Shown: positions 48,860 through 58,758 of the stretch, one piece after another | Layout of the letters: every line of letters starts with the position of its first letter | How positions within the stretch are numbered: position 1 is the stretch's first letter | Origin: Bacillota bacterium | GTDB lineage: Bacteria; Bacillota; JAAYKD01 | Length of the DNA stretch: 64,000 bases | Reading direction: 5' to 3' | Assembly: GCA_963666425.2 (NCBI GenBank) | Contig: OY762825.2 | Location: 256,001 to 320,000 of the forward strand | Position numbers and translations under genes: made by a program | The notes under the pieces: model-generated | What the model was told of the DNA's origin: nothing | The model's input: only the letters and a program-made list of their open reading frames with translations | Databases searched by the model: none

Positions 48860-48892
48860 CATGATTGGTATTAAAATGTTATTTATTTTTAT

Positions 48893-50731
48893 TTATTTTC
48901 TTAGCAAAAAAGGGAACTCGGTCAAGCGCAGGTTACTGCAGCCATAGGGAATCATTTTTACCAAGTGAGATGCTCCCTGCGGCTCGAGGCTGTCCGGCAG
49001 CAGATGGCAGATCCTATTCTCCTGCGCCCAGGCGATCCTAACCATCTGAGCCAAAAGAACAACAGGAGGATTTATACTTGAAAAACCTGCCTCAAACGCC
49101 GGTAGATCGACACTAAAATTTGCATCAGTTAAAGCATAGTTCCAAGCGGAATCTGCGAAGATTTCATAATCACAATAAGGGAATTTGCGCATGACTCCTT
49201 TTTTCTCATACTCTCTTTTCAGCCAGCGTTCTGCTATTGCCACACTATAGAGCAAGGGACCGCGTTCAACACAGACCAGATCCCTGGGACGTTGGCGAAT
49301 CTTCGTCTCAAAACGCAGTATAACCTGGATTTCTATACTGCCCTGCCAGAGTTGATCGAGATGGTAATAGCTGCCTGGTTCTGCTTGTCTGCCATTGACA
49401 GTAGCAGCGACCGCAGCAGCGGGAATGCGCAAAGTCAACTCAAAACGCAGCGGTTGCTCTACTGTAATTGTATAATGCAGTTCTTCCCGGAAAGGATAAT
49501 TCGTTTCCAGGCGGCACTGCACCGGCACTCCCTGTACGTTTGTGCTTAATTGTGAAGGCAGCGGCAGCACAGAAGTAATTCCCTGTTCGGTTTGCATCCA
49601 GGCGGATAAGGCAAGCTTGGGCCAGCCTTGCCCAAAATTCGCCGTACAACAGCCGTAAGTCGGCTCTAAACCGTATAGATGAGATTCACCGCCGTTCGTA
49701 CCAAACACAACATGCTCCTTGTCCAAAATTGAGCATTCAATCTGATTGGTCTGCTGATCATACTGATGTGACCACATATCAGGCGAAATCGCTGCCGGCA
49801 GTGCATTGAACGCCAGCTTTTCCAGCCGTTCCGCCCAATAGGCATTACCGCTAATACTGAGCAATTGTTCATAGGAATACATGGCTTCCACAACCCCGCA
49901 GAGTTCGGAACCCTGCAGCGGACTGTCTCCGGCCAAGCATTCATCACCGGTAAAGTGTCCGTTGGCCATACCGTGTTTTTCATCCAGGAAATGCAGAGCC
50001 TGTAGCGCGAATTCATCCGCATTCCGCCCGTCGAGACGTGACATCAGGGCTTCAGATTTCAGCATCATCGCGATATTGACGACATGAGTGAGAAAATTCC
50101 ATTCTCTTTTCGGCTGATCCAAGAAGCCGGAATGCAGGATTTTTGACCAGTCAAATCCCTGTAATTCTAATTTGTGAGCCAAGGTCAACAGCCAGTCGGC
50201 CGGTTGACGCTGATACAGCCAGAAAATAGGGATCAATCCTTCAAACCAGCGGCTGGCACCCCAATCAAAGAGAGTGTTGCTGTTTAAATGCTGATTCAGC
50301 TGATACAAAACTGCAGTCAGAGCAGGCTGAATTCGTGGATCACCGGAACAATCCGCATAAACGGTCATAACTTTAGCGATTAGCAGGACAGCCCAGAGAT
50401 CGTAATTCTTTCTCTCTTCCGGTTTACAGGGACAGATCCAGCCATCTTCGGCTTGCTGAGCCAATATCGCATTCATATATCGTTTGGCTCTGACGATCAG
50501 TTGTTCATCCCGCAGCAAATATGCCATTGGGATGAAACCATCCAACCAATAGGGGACTCGTTCCCATCCTTCGCTCTGACCGCCCAGCCAGGCACTGTCT
50601 CGGACATCAGGCCAAACCAAGTCCAAATTGCCACATAAACCCTCAGCTTGCAGCTGCAATTGTTTAGCCAACCATCCCATTGGCTGAATTGCAGCGCATT
50701 CGAAAGGTGTCATTGCCAATTTCCTCAACAT
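48893..50731 (-). CDS. GH127/GH146 beta-L-arabinofuranosidase-like glycoside hydrolase
   Basis: WERVPYWLDG, HVVN, ELCGVVE, AFNALP, GCCTAN...GWPK, RGPLLY. Confidence 0.85.
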   Translation of the reverse strand: MLRKLAMTPFECAAIQPMGWLAKQLQLQAEGLCGNLDLVWPDVRDSAWLGGQSEGWERVPYWLDGFIPMAYLLRDEQLIVRAKRYMNAILAQQAEDGWICPCKPEERKNYDLWAVLLIAKVMTVYADCSGDPRIQPALTAVLYQLNQHLNSNTLFDWGASRWFEGLIPIFWLYQRQPADWLLTLAHKLELQGFDWSKILHSGFLDQPKREWNFLTHVVNIAMMLKSEALMSRLDGRNADEFALQALHFLDEKHGMANGHFTGDECLAGDSPLQGSELCGVVEAMYSYEQLLSISGNAYWAERLEKLAFNALPAAISPDMWSHQYDQQTNQIECSILDKEHVVFGTNGGESHLYGLEPTYGCCTANFGQGWPKLALSAWMQTEQGITSVLPLPSQLSTNVQGVPVQCRLETNYPFREELHYTITVEQPLRFELTLRIPAAAVAATVNGRQAEPGSYYHLDQLWQGSIEIQVILRFETKIRQRPRDLVCVERGPLLYSVAIAERWLKREYEKKGVMRKFPYCDYEIFADSAWNYALTDANFSVDLPAFEAGFSSINPPVVLLAQMVRIAWAQENRICHLLPDSLEPQGASHLVKMIPYGCSNLRLTEFPFLLRK

Positions 50732-50985
50732 AGGCTGCTTCCCTCCTCACAATCAGAATTGCTTCTTCTTTCTAAAGATACAACAAGTCCATTATACAGA
50801 ATATCATCAAAAAAGCAATCTGCCCTGCGATATTTCTGCTTTCATACTCTGCTGTGCGCATAGCAGCATTAGCACCTTTGTTTTTCCGCTCGACTGCTGT
50901 TTTTGCTACTATTCTGTTGCTTTTTATCTGCTTATTATTTTTAACTGTTATAATTGGCCTGTTTACGTAAACTGGGGAAGAGCAC

Positions 50986-51030
50986 TTGACATTAGGTAAC
51001 ATGTTTCGTATTATATGGGTAACATATTAC
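50986..51030 (+). promoter_or_regulatory. marR SigA promoter with two operator copies
   Basis: TTGACA-17-TATTAT; GTAACATGTTTC and GTAACATATTAC, imperfect copies of a GTAACATGTTAC palindrome. Confidence 0.7.
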
Positions 51031-51049
51031 TATTTAGGGAGGTAAGTAA

Positions 51050-51523
51050 ATGGAAGAATTAGCAGAAAACGCTTACATTTTCGGCACAATTTTCACCCTA
51101 GCCAACAAACTGCAGGTGCTGGGAGACGATTTCGACAAGGAGATTACGATCAAGCAGTGGCTTTTTGTGGTTGGGGTTTCCCAATTCCAGGAACCACCAA
51201 CCGTGAGCGAAGTAGCGCATTTCATCGGTTATTCCCGACAAAATGCGAAGCGGATCGCAATTGCTTTAAACGAAGCTGGTTTTGTCAGTATCAAAAAAGA
51301 TGATCGCGATGCGCGCGCGCTGCGTATTTTGCTTTCTGCCAAATGCAGCGACTATTTTAGTAAGCGCAGCCAAAGAGAAATTGAATTTTTACAACAGCTT
51401 TTCCTTGGTTTTGACTCTGAATTATCCCGCAATGTCTATGACGGGCTGAAACGATTGGAACAAAACATCAAAGACATGCTGAAAGCAAAAGAGGACAAGG
51501 AAAATGGAGAAGAAAATGAATAA
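51050..51523 (+). CDS. MarR family regulator
   Basis: ITIKQW, SRQN, L..AGFV, D.RD.RA; GGGAGG RBS. Confidence 0.88.
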   Translation: MEELAENAYIFGTIFTLANKLQVLGDDFDKEITIKQWLFVVGVSQFQEPPTVSEVAHFIGYSRQNAKRIAIALNEAGFVSIKKDDRDARALRILLSAKCSDYFSKRSQREIEFLQQLFLGFDSELSRNVYDGLKRLEQNIKDMLKAKEDKENGEENE

Positions 51524-52382
51524 AAGTAGGTGGCAGAAAAAAATGTTGATCTTGATCGGCAGCTTAAGTTTCGTGTTCGGAGCTATTCTTCTGTTTTGGT
51601 ATCTCCCCTTTTCCCAGACAAAAACAGAATTTAATCGCATTGCTGCCGGGTTCATCAGCGAAGCGAGTCATTCGCAAGACGTGTTCAGCGAAGCAGACAT
51701 TGCAGCACTGCCGGCTCCCATCCAGCGCTATTTCCGATCTTGCGGTTACCTTGGCCAGCCAAAAATGTCGTATCTCAAAATTGAGTATCCGGATGTTGAT
51801 TTTATTTTCAGTAAAGATCAGCCGACCATGAAGATCGCTTACACGCAATACAATTTTCTTGACGAACTGAACCGGATCGCTTATATCGACAGTGCCAAGT
51901 ACGGAATTCCCTTTGAAGGGCTGGATGCCTTCCTTGGCGGTTCCGGATCGATGAAAGGGGTACTGGCGAAAATATTCACCTTGTTTGATCAAAAAGGTCA
52001 AAGCATGGACCAAGCATCCCTGGTTACATATCTTTCTGAAAGCCTTTTTCTGCCCAGTGCTGCCTTACAGGACAGCATAGAATGGGAAGCAATGGATGAC
52101 TTGCATGCCAAAGCAACGCTCAACGCTTATGGCATGTCTGTTTCGGGTGTTTTTGGTTTTGATCCAAACGGAGAAATGCGCTCGTTCCTCACAGCAGACC
52201 GATCAGCTGTTGCCAGCGATGGCTCCAGTCAAAAACTTCTTTGGTCGGTGACTTGCGGCGAATACTCCGAGGAAAATGGTTTAAAGAGACCCACATCTTT
52301 TCAGGCGATTTGGCATTATGCCGACGGTGATTCAGTCTACTTCAACGGTAAAGGCGTGATTACAACGCCTACCGCACCATAA
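51504..52382 (+). CDS. DUF6544-like membrane-anchored/secreted protein
   Basis: N-terminal TM, LPAPIQRY, YLSE..F.PSA, I.WEA.DD..A.A. Confidence 0.7.
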   Translation: MEKKMNKSRWQKKMLILIGSLSFVFGAILLFWYLPFSQTKTEFNRIAAGFISEASHSQDVFSEADIAALPAPIQRYFRSCGYLGQPKMSYLKIEYPDVDFIFSKDQPTMKIAYTQYNFLDELNRIAYIDSAKYGIPFEGLDAFLGGSGSMKGVLAKIFTLFDQKGQSMDQASLVTYLSESLFLPSAALQDSIEWEAMDDLHAKATLNAYGMSVSGVFGFDPNGEMRSFLTADRSAVASDGSSQKLLWSVTCGEYSEENGLKRPTSFQAIWHYADGDSVYFNGKGVITTPTAP

Positions 52383-52425
52383 AAGAACCAAATTGAAGAG
52401 AAAATTTTAAAAATGTCTTCTGTCC

Positions 52426-52465
52426 ATCAATACAAAATCCTTTCTAGGAAGGATTTTGTACTGAT
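52426..52465 (+). terminator. Hairpin downstream of the DUF6544 gene
   Basis: TACAAAATCCTT...AAGGATTTTGTA. Confidence 0.5.
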
Positions 52466-52548
52466 AAAGTGTAATAGAATGCAGATACAGTCAAACCCGG
52501 CTGACAGCCTTTTTATCTGCTGTTGCGACCGGAAAAAGAAATAAAGGA

Positions 52549-53271
52549 GTGAAATCTGTGCTTCGAATTGAACAATTGACTAAAATATACAAAGGCGGCA
52601 AAAAGGCGGTAGATAATCTCAGCTTACACGTAGAGGCGGGGGATATTTATGGTTTTATCGGCCACAACGGGGCTGGTAAGACGACGACATTGCGGGCTTG
52701 TGCCGGAATCATTGAATTTGACCAGGGGAAAATCTCTATCAACGGCCATTCCATCGTGGAAGAACCGGTGCTTTGCAAGCAGCAAATGGCTTTTATTCCG
52801 GACAATCCGGATCTTTATCAATATTTGACCGGCATCCAATATCTTAATTTCATCTGTGACATTTATGGTGTCAGCCAACAGGAGCGGGAACAGCGGATCA
52901 ACGATTACAGCAAACGGCTGGAGTTATACTCAAACTTAGGTGATTTGATCTCTTCTTACTCCCATGGCATGAAACAAAAATTAGCTGTGATTGCGGCCTT
53001 GTCGCACAAGCCTAAGCTTTTGCTCTTGGACGAACCTTTTGTCGGCCTCGATCCCAGCGCATCTTTTTCACTGAAAACGATGATGCAGGAAATATGCGCC
53101 GAGGGCAGTGCGATTTTCTTCTCCACCCATGTTTTGGAAGTGGCTGAAAAACTTTGCAATAAAATAGCCATCATTAAAGACGGTAAACTGATTCGCTCCG
53201 GAACGACTGCGGAAGTTCGCGGTGACGAAAGCCTGGAAACCGTTTTCTTGGAGTTGATTGATCATGAATAA
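52549..53271 (+). CDS. ABC-2 type transporter ATP-binding protein
   Basis: GHNGAGKTT, YSHGMKQK, LLDEP, STH. Confidence 0.94.
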   Translation: MKSVLRIEQLTKIYKGGKKAVDNLSLHVEAGDIYGFIGHNGAGKTTTLRACAGIIEFDQGKISINGHSIVEEPVLCKQQMAFIPDNPDLYQYLTGIQYLNFICDIYGVSQQEREQRINDYSKRLELYSNLGDLISSYSHGMKQKLAVIAALSHKPKLLLLDEPFVGLDPSASFSLKTMMQEICAEGSAIFFSTHVLEVAEKLCNKIAIIKDGKLIRSGTTAEVRGDESLETVFLELIDHE

Positions 53272-54868
53272 CATATTGTCATTGGTAAAGCTCTATTATA
53301 CCGGTGTCTTGGGCATTAATAAAGTCATTCACAGCAAAGACAAAAAAGAAAAGCGCAATGCGCTTGGTATGTCGGGTATGATTCTCTTCACTGTGGTAAT
53401 CATGATCGTCTATGTCTTTACCTATTGCTTTGGCATTGCGGACAGTTATGGCGTAATCGCCGGGTATCAGGTCATCATCGCCATGATGATGGCGATGACC
53501 AGCGTGATGTGCTTCATCAATACCGCGCTGAAAGGCAGCGGAATGCTATTCCGTTCCCATGATGACGACCTTTTAACTTCTCTGCCCATCTCCTTTGGTC
53601 AATTGATTACAGCTAAACTGATTAACCTCTATTTGTATAATCTGTTTTTTTCCGCTTTCATCATGATTCCCACCGCGATTGTTTACAGTTTGCGGGTTGC
53701 AGTCGGCTTACCCTTCCTGCTTTTTTCAAGCATCGGTATTCTTTGCATACCAATCCTACCAATGATTGTTGCCAGCGGTGTCAGTATTCTGATTGAGCTC
53801 TTCTCCAACCGATTTCGCTATAAGAATCTGATCAATCTGGTTTTAACCTTTGCTTTTGTTAGCCTGATCATGCTCGGTTCTTTCTCGATGCAATCGATGA
53901 GCATGGATAAAATCATTAATTTAGCTGATTTTATCATGCAAAAAATCTACACGCTTTATCCCCTGACAAAACTTTTCACCTTGGCTGTTATCAACAACAA
54001 CACTCTGTATTTGTTGCTCTTTTTTCTCTCTGCTCTGCTGCCCTTTGCGGCATTTGCTTGGCTGACGGCTCGCTATCATAACAAGATCAACGAATTCCTG
54101 ACACCGATCAGCCGTCATACCGAATACCGCGATCAAACCCTGCAAACTTCTTCTGTGCTGCAAGCGCTTTATCGCAAAGATTTGAAATATTACTTTTCCT
54201 GTAATATCTATGTGTTCAATACGATTTTTGCTTCCATCATGATGGTTGGCGCGGCGGTTTACCTCTATCTACAGCGAACGCAGATTCTCTTAGGTTTAGC
54301 TCTCACACCGAAGCTGATCGAAGGTCTCTACGCCTTAGTTCCCATTGCGATTTCTGCCTTCATCGGCATGGCTTGCACGACTTCGGTAGCTCTTTCCTTA
54401 GAAGGACCGATGTATCCTTTTTTAAAAAGCCTGCCGCTGCCGCCAATCCAGGTCTATTTCAGTAAAATCCTGGTGAATTTAACGATCACGCTTCCGGCTG
54501 TGCTGATCTCTGTACCCTTGGTTGCTTTGGCAGTCAAATTATCTCTCTTTCACATCGTAATGAGTTTCCTCATTCCCTGTCTGTTTGCTTTCTTCATGGC
54601 TCAGATGGGTATCTTCGTCAATTTGTATTTTCCGAAATTCGATTGGGCCAGCGAAGTCGTCATGGTCAAACAGAGTTTAAATGTGATCGTGGCCATGCTG
54701 CTGAACTTCCTGATTCTGGCAGCCATGGCGGTCCCTTTGATGAAAACAGCTCCCAGCCTGCATCCCACCTTGCTGCTCGTTGACACCGGTTTGCTTGTTT
54801 TACTCAATGGCGCCCTTTATCGCGGTTTAAAGAGTTGGGGCAGCAAGCTGTTTTACCAAATTGGCTAG
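53264..54868 (+). CDS. ABC-2 type exporter permease (12+ TM)
   Basis: D.DLL.SLPI, SLEG...LKSLP, FPKFDW..E..VKQS. Confidence 0.85.
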   Translation: MNNILSLVKLYYTGVLGINKVIHSKDKKEKRNALGMSGMILFTVVIMIVYVFTYCFGIADSYGVIAGYQVIIAMMMAMTSVMCFINTALKGSGMLFRSHDDDLLTSLPISFGQLITAKLINLYLYNLFFSAFIMIPTAIVYSLRVAVGLPFLLFSSIGILCIPILPMIVASGVSILIELFSNRFRYKNLINLVLTFAFVSLIMLGSFSMQSMSMDKIINLADFIMQKIYTLYPLTKLFTLAVINNNTLYLLLFFLSALLPFAAFAWLTARYHNKINEFLTPISRHTEYRDQTLQTSSVLQALYRKDLKYYFSCNIYVFNTIFASIMMVGAAVYLYLQRTQILLGLALTPKLIEGLYALVPIAISAFIGMACTTSVALSLEGPMYPFLKSLPLPPIQVYFSKILVNLTITLPAVLISVPLVALAVKLSLFHIVMSFLIPCLFAFFMAQMGIFVNLYFPKFDWASEVVMVKQSLNVIVAMLLNFLILAAMAVPLMKTAPSLHPTLLLVDTGLLVLLNGALYRGLKSWGSKLFYQIG

Positions 54869-54974
54869 ACTGAAATCGACAAATCTGGATCTCTCCTCAG
54901 AAACATTGAGCATGTTTTACGAAAACCTTTTCTCAAGTGTGTGAAAGTGAATTTGTTGGCCAGCCGCAAAACAT

Positions 54975-55054
54975 AAAAAACCCGGGACACGATTCCGAAG
55001 TGCTTACCGCCTTTTTAGGCAGTAGGACGACAGAATCTTGTCTCGGGTTTCTTT
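54975..55054. repeat. Compound hairpin between convergent genes (bidirectional terminator-like; element B)
   Basis: AAACCCGGGAC/GTCTCGGGTTT, GATTC/GAATC, inner CTTACCGCCT-tttt-AGGCAGTAGG. Confidence 0.6.
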
Positions 55055-55075
55055 CGTCTGTAAAACCAGACCAGA

Positions 55076-56287
55076 CTATTTCAACACACGGATGAGGCTA
55101 TCGACCGGGACCGGCTGCGCCATCGGTAAAAATACCATCATCTGAGCGTGCGGTGCTACCGTAATCGGCTGACCTTCCTGATTCAATAAATCTTTGGCGA
55201 TCATTTCCAACCGCTGCATGTCAGGCAGTAAAATTTCCAATCGGTCCCCTGCTGAAAAATGGTTTCTCTGTTCCAGCCAAACGCCCTGATCCGTTGTTTT
55301 GCGCACAATGCCAACGAAGGAAATACCGCGCTGCAGTGGTTCTCCCGTATAACTTTGCGCTTCGGCGCCTGGTTTGCCAAAATAGAAACCGGTCGTGAAG
55401 GCTCGTGTACCGGTCTTTTCAATTTCCTGCAGCCATTGCGGATCATACTGATAATGCTCCGGATCTGCACAATAGAGATCGATGGCGCGGCGATAAACGC
55501 CTATTACAGTCGCCACATAATGCAAACTTTTCATTCTGCCTTCGATTTTCAGGCCCTGTATCCCGCTTTGGATTAATTCAGGCAGATGCTCAATCATACA
55601 AAGGTCACGGGAATAAAAAATCGTGGTGCCGTTCTCATCCTGATTGACTGGAAAATATTCCCCGGGACGGTTTGCTTCCAGCAGATGATAACGCCAACGG
55701 CAAGGTTGCGTGCAGTCGCCGGCATTGGCGTCCCGCCCGGTCAGAAAATTAGAGATCAGGCAGCGTCCGGAATAAGACATGCACATGGCACCATGCACAA
55801 AGCATTCCAGTTCAGCGCTGCAGTTTTCCCGCATCACAGCGATTTCCTGCAAAGATAATTCCCGAGCTAAAATCAGGCGGGAAAACCCTTGCTCCTGCCA
55901 GAATTGTGCCGCGCGGTAATTGACCGTGTTTGCTTGCGTACTGAGGTGATAAGCGGTATGGGGAGCGTATTGTTTCGCGATTTGCAGCACGCCAGGATCG
56001 GAAATAATCAGAGCATCCACCTCAAGGCTCTCGAGCTGCTGCAGATAGGCCGGTAAATCATCAAGCGCATCGCTGTGCGGCATGCTGTTGACCGTGATAT
56101 AAACATGCTTGCCGAAGCGGTGTGCCCAACGGACGCCCTCTGCCAGTTCTTCCGCACTGAAATTGCTGGCTCGTTCCCGCAGACCGTAGCGCATTCCCCC
56201 GCAATAACAGGCATCCGCACCAAAAGCAAAGGCGATTTTCATTTTCTCCAGATCACCGGCCGGAGCCAGCAATTCAGGTTTCTGCAT
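55076..56287 (-). CDS. U32 family peptidase-like protein (TrhP/YrrO-type tRNA hydroxylase)
   Basis: PELLAPAG, HLSTQAN, LAREL, HGAMCMSYSGRC, CTQPCRW, KIEGRMKS. Confidence 0.9.
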   Translation of the reverse strand: MQKPELLAPAGDLEKMKIAFAFGADACYCGGMRYGLRERASNFSAEELAEGVRWAHRFGKHVYITVNSMPHSDALDDLPAYLQQLESLEVDALIISDPGVLQIAKQYAPHTAYHLSTQANTVNYRAAQFWQEQGFSRLILARELSLQEIAVMRENCSAELECFVHGAMCMSYSGRCLISNFLTGRDANAGDCTQPCRWRYHLLEANRPGEYFPVNQDENGTTIFYSRDLCMIEHLPELIQSGIQGLKIEGRMKSLHYVATVIGVYRRAIDLYCADPEHYQYDPQWLQEIEKTGTRAFTTGFYFGKPGAEAQSYTGEPLQRGISFVGIVRKTTDQGVWLEQRNHFSAGDRLEILLPDMQRLEMIAKDLLNQEGQPITVAPHAQMMVFLPMAQPVPVDSLIRVLK

Positions 56288-56294
56288 AATATGA

Positions 56295-57296
56295 TCACTC
56301 TCCGTAAATTTTGTTCGTCCAATAGAGATGTTCTTCATAGGTTTTGCTAAAATGATGCGTGCCGTCGGTATCAGCAACGAAATAATAATAATCGCTGACT
56401 GCCGGATGCAGCACCGCTTCAATGGCAGCAAGACTCGGATTCGCTACCGGCCCAGCTGGTAGGCCAGCATAAAGATAAGTATTATAAGGTGAATCAATTT
56501 CAGTATCGGCTATACTGAGTATGACTTTATGTTCCTTCAAGATATACTGTACCGTAGCGCAGGATTGCAGCGGCATGCCAATCGCCAGACGGTTGAAAAA
56601 GACGCTGGCAACCAAAGCGCGCTCTTCGGCATTTTGCGATTCTTTTTCAATGATGGAAGCCAGGGTAATAATTTCATCGCGGCTAAGCGTACAGTCCGTA
56701 GGAATCACAACTTCTTCCTGCATGACTTTGTCAAATTGTGCCCGTAATAAATCAATGATATCTGTTGCTGTCATATACTTCGCTAAATAATAAGTTTCCG
56801 GATAAAGATAACCTTCCAATGCGTAGATTACCTCCGGCGAAGCATCCGTCCGCTGATAGGTCCTGATGGCATCCAGAAACTGTGTTTTTGTCACCACACC
56901 GGTCTTCTCTACCAAGACAGCCAATTCATCGATGGTGGTTCCCTCAGGGATCGTCAGAGCATAGGCGTTCAAGATCATATCTCCCGTCACCATTTTATTA
57001 AGAATGGTATTGACCGACATGGCAGCCTTGATTTCATAACTCCCTGCTATGATACGGTTGCTTTTTCCGCTCAGATGAGCACTGATGCTAAACGCAGTGC
57101 TGCTGCGAATTAAGCCAGCATTTTTCAGGCCCACTGCGATCACACTAACGCTATCTCCCGGTTTTACCTCAAAGATCTCTTCTGCCGCGTTGTTGTTGGG
57201 TGAAAGCAAAAAAGCAAAGATCGCAAGCAACGAAAGCAAGAAAATTGAGAGCAAAAAAATCGCCCTGTATCTTTTTTTATTGGCAGCAAATTTCAT
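56295..57296 (-). CDS. mltG: Endolytic transglycosylase MltG
   Basis: TIPEG, LEGYLYPETY, ASIIEKE, VFFNRL, SPYNTY, GLPAGP. Confidence 0.94.
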   Translation of the reverse strand: MKFAANKKRYRAIFLLSIFLLSLLAIFAFLLSPNNNAAEEIFEVKPGDSVSVIAVGLKNAGLIRSSTAFSISAHLSGKSNRIIAGSYEIKAAMSVNTILNKMVTGDMILNAYALTIPEGTTIDELAVLVEKTGVVTKTQFLDAIRTYQRTDASPEVIYALEGYLYPETYYLAKYMTATDIIDLLRAQFDKVMQEEVVIPTDCTLSRDEIITLASIIEKESQNAEERALVASVFFNRLAIGMPLQSCATVQYILKEHKVILSIADTEIDSPYNTYLYAGLPAGPVANPSLAAIEAVLHPAVSDYYYFVADTDGTHHFSKTYEEHLYWTNKIYGE

Positions 57297-57391
57297 TTTT
57301 TCACGTTCCTTATCCTGCAGTTTTTTGTAACAATTTTTCTAATTGCACAGAGACCGCCCAGAATCCTTTATTAGCAAAAAATCGTGCGAAG

Positions 57392-57432
57392 AAAAACCCG
57401 ATTTGCATGATAACTCATACAAACCGGGTTTC
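57392..57432 (-). terminator. Terminator after DUF1292
   Basis: AAACCCG.TTTG.ATGA...TCAT.CAAA.CGGGTTT with T-run on the minus strand. Confidence 0.6.
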
Positions 57433-57448
57433 AGCAAGCAATCGAAGA

Positions 57449-57805
57449 TTATTTCTTCTCTTCTTCTTCGTCTTCGTCTTCGCTGTCTTCGGCAACTAAT
57501 TCTTCCCAAGCAGCGACCACTTTGTTCCATTCGTCTTCATCGGTAATATCTACCAAGACGTCTTCGTCGTTTTCGTCGGCTTCAATACGAAGGATTACAG
57601 CTTCATCATCATCGTCGCCTTCCAACGGGAAGAGAACAGCATATTCCTGTTCTTCGATTTCAATGATTTCCACTAATTCAAATTCGTGTTCTTCGCCTTC
57701 ATCGTCGACTAAAGTAACAACTTCCATCTCTTCGTCTTCGTGTTCGCAATTGCATTCGGCATCTTCACAGCCGCAGGAGCAAGTAGGTTTTTTTTCGTCG
57801 GGCAT
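57449..57805 (-). CDS. DUF1292 family acidic protein with a Cys/His N-terminus
   Basis: VTLVDDEGEEHEF, EYAVL.P, LVDI.DEDEW; N-terminal CSCGC...CNCEH. Confidence 0.88.
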   Translation of the reverse strand: MPDEKKPTCSCGCEDAECNCEHEDEEMEVVTLVDDEGEEHEFELVEIIEIEEQEYAVLFPLEGDDDDEAVILRIEADENDEDVLVDITDEDEWNKVVAAWEELVAEDSEDEDEEEEKK

Positions 57806-57910
57806 TTTGTGCACCTTCCATTTCTGAATTTTTCTGTAAATTTCAACTTCACTTTAATCGGCAAAGTAAAAACAGTAGATTTCTATTTTGAGCTTTACTG
57901 ACTGAGCATC

Positions 57911-57939
57911 ATTTTACCATAGTAAATTCTGGTTGTCAA
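57911..57939 (-). promoter_or_regulatory. SigA promoter of DUF1292
   Basis: TTGACA-17-TAAAAT, extended -10. Confidence 0.7.
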
Positions 57940-57961
57940 TGCAAAAAAACCGTTTATCCAC

Positions 57962-58381
57962 TTAGAGGGAATCCATGTAGGACTGCAGAATCAGCGCGGC
58001 TGCCATCTTATCAATTACTTGCTTGCGCTTTTTGCGGGAGACATTGGCGGAAATTAAGAATTGCCGGGCACTCTTCGTGGTCAATCGTTCATCCCAAAAA
58101 AGCACGGGAAGAGCAAATCGTTCTGTCAGCTGCGCAGCAAATTCCTGGCTAAATACAGCCTGAGCTCCGATGCTGTTGTCCATATTTTTGGGCAGCCCAA
58201 CAACAAAGGCTGTGACCGCATATTGTTCTACCAGTTCCTGCAATCGGCCAAAATCATGTTCCGGATCGCTGCGGCGGATGACTTCCACCCCTTGCGCTGT
58301 GATCCCCAGCAAATCGGATACCGCTATGCCAATCGTATTACTGCCAACATCCAGTCCCATCAGGCGATTTGCAAATGTCAT
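57962..58381 (-). CDS. ruvX: RuvX/YqgF pre-16S rRNA nuclease family
   Basis: GLDVG...IGIAVSD, VGLP.NM, WDERLTT, ID..AA..ILQ. Confidence 0.95.
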   Translation of the reverse strand: MTFANRLMGLDVGSNTIGIAVSDLLGITAQGVEVIRRSDPEHDFGRLQELVEQYAVTAFVVGLPKNMDNSIGAQAVFSQEFAAQLTERFALPVLFWDERLTTKSARQFLISANVSRKKRKQVIDKMAAALILQSYMDSL

Positions 58382-58668
58382 ATTTTCTCATTTTCCTGTG
58401 GTTGATCCAATGGTTTTTGTTTTAAGTAGAAGCGAACCAATTCCTCCAAAACTTCATCCCGGTTCACAGTTCGGATTAAATTTCTGGCTCCTTTATGACT
58501 TGTGATATAAGCCGGATCACCGGAAAGAATGTAACCAACAATTTGATCAATTGGATTATAATTTTTCTCTTTTAAGGCTAGATTCACCTCGGCTAAAATA
58601 GTATGGATGCTTTTCTCTTCATTCTCCATTCCTTTGAAGCGCATGGTCTGATTATGAATGTCACTCAT
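58378..58668 (-). CDS. ireB: IreB/ReoM regulatory phosphoprotein (DUF965)
   Basis: QTM.F phosphosite region, [18 protein letters not shown]. Confidence 0.93.
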   Translation of the reverse strand: MSDIHNQTMRFKGMENEEKSIHTILAEVNLALKEKNYNPIDQIVGYILSGDPAYITSHKGARNLIRTVNRDEVLEELVRFYLKQKPLDQPQENEKI

Positions 58669-58691
58669 CGTATCAACCTCCTATTCTTTCG

Positions 58692-58719
58692 ATTCGATTT
58701 GGTAAGGTGTAATTCCTCT
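58692..58719 (-). promoter_or_regulatory. SigH-like promoter of ireB-ruvX
   Basis: GAGGAAT...; AGGA-N15-ATCGAAT. Confidence 0.6.
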
Positions 58720-58758
58720 CAAATCCAATTGGTATCGATATGAAATTTCTGTATTGCC

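Noticed and set aside
50854-50970. 38-codon hydrophobic plus-strand ORF (MRIAALAPLFF...GLFT) as a type I toxin candidate
   Set aside because: No RBS, promoter or antisense terminator seen; hydrophobicity is explained by T-rich DNA
57449-57760. TCTTCG/TCGTCT low-complexity repeats
   Set aside because: They simply encode the Asp/Glu-rich DUF1292 protein
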